Source: Myxococcales bacterium (lineage in GTDB: Bacteria; Desulfobacterota; Binatia; HRBIN30). Taken from it: a stretch of DNA of 22,981 nt. The DNA lies in assembly GCA_037445065.1 (NCBI GenBank), contig JBBILD010000033.1, positions 1 to 22,981 of the forward strand, given 5' to 3'. The notes beneath the pieces were generated by a model. That model was not told the origin of the DNA, did no database searches, and was given only the letters and a program-made list of their open reading frames with translations. Shown here piece by piece: positions 17,846 through 22,981 of this stretch. Both the position numbers and the translations under genes were made by a program. Position 1 is the first letter of the stretch, and each line of letters starts with the position of its first letter.

Positions 17846-19002
17846 TCGTCCCTCCGCAGCAGCAAAGCACTCGTCGGCACCCCCTCGCCGCTGGTGACCA
17901 AACAACACGGTGCGCCCTCCACCTGACAGTTCGAAGTGCCGCGCATCTGCCGCACTCCTTCCAGGATCAGGTTGAAGCCGTGCACGTAAGCTTCCGACAA
18001 CCCGCCCCCGGAGGTGTTGATGGGCAGGCGCCCACTGGGCCACTCGAGAGCGCCGTTTTCGGTAAACGCGCCTGCTTCGCCGCGCCGGCAAAAGCCGTAG
18101 CCTTCGAGGGACAGCAAAATGAGCGGCGTAAAGGCATCGTAAATCTGGGCCACGCGCACGTCTTCGGGACCGAACTCGCTTCGCTCCCACAACAGCCGCG
18201 CGCACTCCCAGGCCGGACCGCGCAGCGGGTCGTCGCAAAAATAATTCGTCATCGGCTGGCATTGCGGCGGGATGCTTTGCGCGAAGGCGTGAATCAGCAC
18301 CGGGCGCTGGCGCAAATCGCGCGCGCGCTCGCTGCTGGTGATCACCACCGCGAGCGCACCGTCGGTCTCGAGGCAGTTGTCGTACAAGCACAGCGGCTCG
18401 CTGATCCAGCGGGCGCGCATGTACTCCTCGCGGCTGAGCGGCCGCTCGTAAAATGTGGCGGCCGGATTGCGATTGGCGTGCTTGCGGCAAGCAAGCGCCA
18501 CGTTGGCGAGATGGTCGCGGGTGGCCCCAAACCCGTGCATGTAGCGGCGGGTGAGCATGGCGATTTCGTCCACCGGGCGCAAAAGCCCGAAGGGGCGGGT
18601 CCACTGCCCACTACCGCTAACGCGCTGCGCCACGTTTGCCCACGGCCGGCTCGCTTTGGCCGCGCGCTTCCGCGCCCGCCACGCCACCGCCACCCGGCAC
18701 TGCCCGGTGGCCACCGCCATGGCCGCGTGCCCCACCGTGGCACAACCGGCACCGCCGCCGTAGCCCACTTCGCCAAAGTAGGTGATGGGGCCGAGGCCCA
18801 AGTTGCGCGCCACTTCCACCTCGCGCCCGTTCTCCATCGAAAACAGCACCAGGCCATCTACTTCTTTGGGCTCCACCCCGGCATCGTCCAGCGCTGCCGA
18901 AATCGCCTGGCAGGCCAAGGCGAGTTCGCTTTCCGGCAGACCTTTACCGAAGCGGGTCTGCCCGATGCCGACGATGGCGGTGCGATCGCGAATCTCGAGC
19001 AT
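17842..19002 (-). CDS. Thiolase-like lipid-transfer protein (Ltp2-like, possible acyl-CoA aldolase)
   Basis: AIVGIGQT, GGGAGCATV, DNCLETDGA, QIYDAFTP, INTSGGGLSEAYVHG, EGVRQMRG; coupled to a DUF35 gene. Start ATG 19002 (AGGAAG upstream) or GTG 19011. Confidence 0.9.
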   Translation of the reverse strand: MLEIRDRTAIVGIGQTRFGKGLPESELALACQAISAALDDAGVEPKEVDGLVLFSMENGREVEVARNLGLGPITYFGEVGYGGGAGCATVGHAAMAVATGQCRVAVAWRARKRAAKASRPWANVAQRVSGSGQWTRPFGLLRPVDEIAMLTRRYMHGFGATRDHLANVALACRKHANRNPAATFYERPLSREEYMRARWISEPLCLYDNCLETDGALAVVITSSERARDLRQRPVLIHAFAQSIPPQCQPMTNYFCDDPLRGPAWECARLLWERSEFGPEDVRVAQIYDAFTPLILLSLEGYGFCRRGEAGAFTENGALEWPSGRLPINTSGGGLSEAYVHGFNLILEGVRQMRGTSNCQVEGAPCCLVTSGEGVPTSALLLRRDE

Positions 19003-19014
19003 CGCCCGCACTTC

Positions 19015-19857
19015 CTATGCCGGGCGCGGCACCCACCCGCACAGCCGCAAGTAAGCGGCAAACGGCGCCGCCGCCATCCGCACAGCACTGCGCCACACGG
19101 CGGCCGGCAAGCGCTCGCTCCCCGGTAGGCGCAACTGCACGTAGAGCAAGGCGATCGTCGCCAGCACTTGTGCGCAGGCACGCACGGGAGTGCGCGCGTA
19201 CTGTGGTTTCAGGACGTCGCACAGCAAGATCACGCGCGGCTTGCTGCTCCTGTTCCACACCGTGTGCGGGCGCGCGTCGTTGAACACCAGCACCCCGCCC
19301 TCTTCCCAACCGCGCTGCTCGTCGCCGACGCGGATGCCGCACTGCTCGACCCCTGCGGGCACGATCAGACCCACGTGCACGCGGTAACAGAGGTCCGAGT
19401 CGCCGTGATGGACCGGCAGAACGGTGCCCGGTTCGAGCACGTTGATAGAAGCGGAAACCAGGCCCGGGACCGCCTGCAAGACCGCTACGGTGCGCGGGAA
19501 GGCTCGCAGGTTCGCGCGGTACGGGCGGCCGAAGGTGACGAGCTTCACCCCTTTCCAGCCGTGGATCTCGACCCGGTCGGGCACGAAGTGGCCAGGGATC
19601 TCCCCATGCTGCGCCGCGTACTGCTCGAACTCGGCTCGCACCTCTCGCCATGCTTGCTGGAGGAGCGGCACCCAGAAGAAGGCACGCGGGTCGTAAAACG
19701 CTGGCTCCTCGCCCTCATAGGGGCCGAGGACGCGGAAGTACGGCTGCACTGCGCATTGCGCGGACCACCGGCCGGAGCGCGCCGCCAGCACGGCGCTGCG
19801 GGCCACCGAACTCTCCACACTCTGCAAGGCGCGCTGCATATTGTCCGCTTCTGCCAC
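19015..19857 (-). CDS. Aspartyl/asparaginyl beta-hydroxylase domain protein (AspH/LpxO-like Fe(II)/2OG oxygenase)
   Basis: LEPGTVLPVHHGD, RVHVGLIVP, WEEGGVLVFND, HTVWN, RVILLCD. Confidence 0.9.
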   Translation of the reverse strand: MAEADNMQRALQSVESSVARSAVLAARSGRWSAQCAVQPYFRVLGPYEGEEPAFYDPRAFFWVPLLQQAWREVRAEFEQYAAQHGEIPGHFVPDRVEIHGWKGVKLVTFGRPYRANLRAFPRTVAVLQAVPGLVSASINVLEPGTVLPVHHGDSDLCYRVHVGLIVPAGVEQCGIRVGDEQRGWEEGGVLVFNDARPHTVWNRSSKPRVILLCDVLKPQYARTPVRACAQVLATIALLYVQLRLPGSERLPAAVWRSAVRMAAAPFAAYLRLCGWVPRPA

Positions 19858-19873
19858 AGGTGCACGCGAAGGG

Positions 19874-21514
19874 CTAGTCCCGCCAGCCGCGGAGCCGCAT
19901 GGACGACAACTGCTCGTGGCTGCTCACCGGCACTGCTTGCGCGACGCGCAGCGCCTGCGCTTGCGCGGCGTGCTCGAACAAAAACAGCGCGATCCGTTGT
20001 TCCCAAGCGTCCAGGTACGGTCCTGCCGAGGCGCGCCCCTCACCCGCCGGCGGCAGGCTCGGCGCAGGCTCGCCCTCGGGCGGCAGCTTCGGCACTCCTA
20101 CGAGCCACACTGTGCCTCCAGCGCGCAGCGTGCTCTCCACCCGTTCGAGCAGCGGGGCAATCGCCGCATCGCCTTGCTGCATGCGGGCGCGGATCTCGAG
20201 GTGCAGGTGGTAGCGGTGATCAGGGAGCGGCGGCACTGTCTGCCACGCTGCCGCGCCGCGGTAGTAGCGCTGGAAGGAGATGCCCGCGTACCACGGGGTG
20301 ACGAGCACCAAATCGCCCGCATCGGCTTGCTGGCCCACCAGGGTGGCGAGCTGATCCACGTTGGTCATGCGCAAGTGCGCCGCCCGCCAGGTGCCGGGGA
20401 GGAGCAGCAAGGCGACCAGGACAGCGACCGCACTGGCCGCTTTCCCCGCCGCCGGCTTGGCCGTCGCGATGCGGGTGAGAGCGAGATCGGCACACAACGC
20501 CAGCATCGCGAGCGCGGCCAAATAGTACCAAGGCAGGCCACCGAGCTTTGCCACCGAGTGCACATACAGCGAGTAGCAGAGGAACGCAGCCGCAGCGAGC
20601 GCCAGCGGCAAGGCGCCCATGAACCATGCCTGGGCGCCGGGCGAGAGCGGCGAGGCGGCGAGCAGCACGAGCGCTGCCACCCACAGCGCGGCCTGTGCCG
20701 GCATGCCGGTGGTGGCCGTCTCCAACCAGCCGCGCCACACGCTCTGCCACGCCACATCTCGCTGCTCGATTCCGCCCACCGCAAGGGCGTACGCGATCCA
20801 ATCGGCGTTGCCAACCAGGGACAGCGTCATGAGCAGCGTGCAAGCCGCCAGGGCCAGCGCGCGCCGCCCTTGCCGCGCAAGCGCGAGAGACAACCCGACC
20901 ACGCCCTCAGCGGCGGCGAGCAGTACCCCGTTCGGCAAGTACGTTTGCACCGCAGCGAGCGAAGCGAGTGCCGCCGCCCCCCAAGCGCCGCGGCTGCCCG
21001 TGGCCGCAAAGCGCAGCGTGGCAGCGAGCGACAGGCACACCAGCGCAGCGCCGAGCCCGTAGCCCCGCACCGAAGAACCGTAGGTGATCGCGGCCGGGTT
21101 CCAACCGTACAGCAAGAGACTGCAAAGGGGCGCCGCGATGCCCAGCGGGCGCGCGGCCACCCAGAGCGCAGCGAGCTGCGCCACCCCGAGGGCGAAGCCG
21201 AGCCAGCGCCAGGCGAAGTCGCCCTCGCACCCGGCCAGCCACGCCCACGCTCGCATCAGGAACTGCCACAGGAGAGCGAAGGAGTCGTAGCGAGCGGCAG
21301 TGCGGAAGGCCTCCCAGGTGGGCTCGCAGGCAACGTTGAGCGTGTTCGCCTCGTCGCGCCACAAACCGCCCGCAGCAGCAACGAACCGCCAGCGCCAGAG
21401 CACCGCGGCCAGCGTGAGTGCAACGCCCAGCAGCACGGAGACCCGAACAGCGCGGCTCCGCCGCTCCGTCCTGCCTGTGTGGTCTTTCTCCTCACCGTGC
21501 CTCGCAGCCTGCAC
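19874..21514 (-). CDS. Polytopic membrane protein, probable GT-C (ArnT/PMT-like) glycosyltransferase
   Basis: GLWRDEA loop motif after the first TM helix, SVRGY motif, about ten hydrophobic segments, soluble C-terminal domain. Start uncertain (GTG 21514 or ATG 21592). Confidence 0.7.
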   Translation of the reverse strand: MQAARHGEEKDHTGRTERRSRAVRVSVLLGVALTLAAVLWRWRFVAAAGGLWRDEANTLNVACEPTWEAFRTAARYDSFALLWQFLMRAWAWLAGCEGDFAWRWLGFALGVAQLAALWVAARPLGIAAPLCSLLLYGWNPAAITYGSSVRGYGLGAALVCLSLAATLRFAATGSRGAWGAAALASLAAVQTYLPNGVLLAAAEGVVGLSLALARQGRRALALAACTLLMTLSLVGNADWIAYALAVGGIEQRDVAWQSVWRGWLETATTGMPAQAALWVAALVLLAASPLSPGAQAWFMGALPLALAAAAFLCYSLYVHSVAKLGGLPWYYLAALAMLALCADLALTRIATAKPAAGKAASAVAVLVALLLLPGTWRAAHLRMTNVDQLATLVGQQADAGDLVLVTPWYAGISFQRYYRGAAAWQTVPPLPDHRYHLHLEIRARMQQGDAAIAPLLERVESTLRAGGTVWLVGVPKLPPEGEPAPSLPPAGEGRASAGPYLDAWEQRIALFLFEHAAQAQALRVAQAVPVSSHEQLSSMRLRGWRD

Positions 21515-21601
21515 GCCTACCGGCCTAGCCCGGCCCGCGCCGCGGGCGCAACCGTCGCGCCGCCCGGCCAGAGACCGCAGCGCGTCGCACATGCGGCACA
21601 T

Positions 21602-22085
21602 CCATTCGCCATTCGCCACACAAAGTGGGTGTCCACGGAACGCGCACAAGGGCCGCCCCTACGTCCCTGGTGGTTTCAGCGTGGACGTTTGGCGGCACCG
21701 AGGTGATGAGAACACGGGCGGCGACAAGGGCCGCCCCTATATTTTCTGGTGGTTCCGGCGTGCATGTCACCGCGCAGGCGTGGGGGTGGGACCGGATGCC
21801 GGCCGCGTTTCGTCCGGTGCCGCATCAAAGATCGAAGAAATGTAGGGGCAGGCCTTGTGCCTGCCCGTGGTGCAAATCGAACCGAATTCCAGAATGGGGG
21901 CACGGGTCGGAGATGCGACGCTCCGGGTGCCACGCAGCATTCGCCATTCGCCCTTCACCATTCGCCCGACCCACCGCTCGCCGCTTACTGCTCGCCGCTC
22001 GCCGCGCCTACATCCACGATCGAAACACCGTGCCGACGGTACCCCCATTCCCCATTCGCCACACAAAGTGGGTGTCCACGGAACG
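21602..22085. repeat. REP mosaic cluster 4
   Basis: CCATTCG runs; GTGGGTGTCCAC at 21625 and 22068; REP-A (-) at 21645-21662 (partial) and 21716-21740; REP-B (+) at 21842-21866. Confidence 0.88.
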
Positions 22086-22114
22086 TCCGTCCATGGAACG
22101 CTCGCCGTGTGCGC

Positions 22115-22150
22115 AAAAAAAACGGCCCGGGCTCCGAAGAGCCCGGGCCG
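22115..22150 (-). terminator. Rho-independent terminator
   Basis: Minus strand CGGCCCGGGCTC-TTCG-GAGCCCGGGCCG-TTTTTTTT: perfect 12-bp stem, cUUCGg loop, 8 U, about 45 nt after the stop at 22195. Confidence 0.93.
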
Positions 22151-22194
22151 CGCAGGCTGGAACGTGCCGCGGTCGAGCCGCGGCGGCAACGAGC

Positions 22195-22981
22195 TTACGG
22201 ACCGCAGACGATTTTGAACGCAGTCACCAGCGACGGCAACGTTGCCGGGCAGGCGCCGGGGAAGCCACCACCGGAGGCAGCGCTAGCCAGGTCGCTGCTA
22301 TCCATAAACACGCTGAGGGAGTTGGGGTTCACGTTGTTGTTCAACTGCAGCGAGGAAAAACTGCCGCCGGTCTCGCTCAAGGTCAGGTTCGGGCCGCAGT
22401 TGTCCCCGCACGGATTAACTCCCGTATCCGGGTCCTTCAACTCGACGGTGGTGGCGCCGGTGGTGAAGAACAAGGGTACGAAGGTAGCGTCGGAGGTGGT
22501 TCCGGAGCACGCTGCTGGAGGGGAAACCGTGTGGATCTGCAGTGCCTGTACCGAAACCGCGTCGCCCGTGATGACGCTGCCGCTCAAGCTCACGTTGATC
22601 GGACCCGGAGGCGCCGTGCTGCATCCGCACGGGGTCGTGCCGCCCGGAAGCTGGAAGGTCGGCGACCCGGAACAGTCGTTCCCATTCCCGGGCTCCACGT
22701 CCTGACAAATGCTGATGTCCTTCGGGCCGCTGAAGAACGAGCTCGCGTTGAAAATCGTGGCGGGGCTTCCGTTCGGGCCACCGTATCCGACCGTACAAGT
22801 GTTCGGCCCTTTCACGAAGCCGCTCGCCCGCACGTTGGTGGTGCAAGCCGTGTTGCCGAGGAACGTCACTGGATCGATGCTCCGCGCCGGGTTGCCCACG
22901 ATGGCGACGTCGCAGCCAATGAAGGGCGGGAACTGGCAGTACTCTTGGATCACCTCGCCACTCAGTGCTGCCGGCGTCGAA
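22195..22981 (-). CDS. Cys/Gly/Ser/Thr-rich probable secreted protein, C-terminal part (5' end beyond the window)
   Basis: Frame stays open past the ORF-track GTG at 22953 to the window edge (STPAALSGEVIQEYC...); extracellular-type composition; followed by a strong terminator; no family recognised. Confidence 0.8.
   Translation of the reverse strand, partial: STPAALSGEVIQEYCQFPPFIGCDVAIVGNPARSIDPVTFLGNTACTTNVRASGFVKGPNTCTVGYGGPNGSPATIFNASSFFSGPKDISICQDVEPGNGNDCSGSPTFQLPGGTTPCGCSTAPPGPINVSLSGSVITGDAVSVQALQIHTVSPPAACSGTTSDATFVPLFFTTGATTVELKDPDTGVNPCGDNCGPNLTLSETGGSFSSLQLNNNVNPNSLSVFMDSSDLASAASGGGFPGACPATLPSLVTAFKIVCGP

Noticed and set aside
6773..18604. ORF-track N-terminal extensions (6773 for ECH2, 7300 for microprotein 2, 10876 for the lipoprotein, 13415 for mutM, 16668 for the SDR, 18604 for DUF35)
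   Set aside because: They overlap bona fide upstream genes or repeats; internal starts with an SD, stop/start overlap or family-typical N-terminus fit better.
1..22981. Autonomous mobile element (RAYT/IS transposase, integrase), tRNA or rRNA
   Set aside because: No HUH/Y1, DDE or recombinase motifs recognised in any credible ORF; no cloverleaf or rRNA-like sequence recognised by eye.

Overview
GC-rich bacterial chromosomal segment. The gene repertoire (Cys-rich secreted proteins, P450/SDR/Ltp-DUF35 lipid catabolism) is reminiscent of Candidatus Binatia or related deltaproteobacteria-like lineages; this is inference only. Left to right: (i) a large secreted protein on the minus strand, running off the left edge and absent from the ORF track, with three ~204-aa nidogen/NIDO-like repeats followed by disintegrin-like Cys repeats; (ii) a plus-strand run: ygfZ-like, a tiny desulforedoxin-like gene, crotonase, acyl-CoA ligase, a degenerate crotonase, a second tiny desulforedoxin-like gene, PhyH dioxygenase and sthA; (iii) TPR lipoprotein-tsaD-rsmA-mutM; (iv) a minus-strand block: GT-C-like membrane protein, Asp/Asn beta-hydroxylase, Ltp-type thiolase-like protein, DUF35 protein, P450, SDR and USP; (v) the 3' part of another Cys-rich secreted protein with a clear intrinsic terminator. 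All four long intergenic gaps hold the same mosaic of GTAG-type REP hairpins (two covarying variants always in opposite orientation), a GTGGACACCCAC motif and, in three gaps, heptamer runs. The most interesting items are the desulforedoxin-bracketed crotonase/ligase cassette and the polarised REP mosaic. No CRISPR, tRNA, rRNA or transposase was seen.
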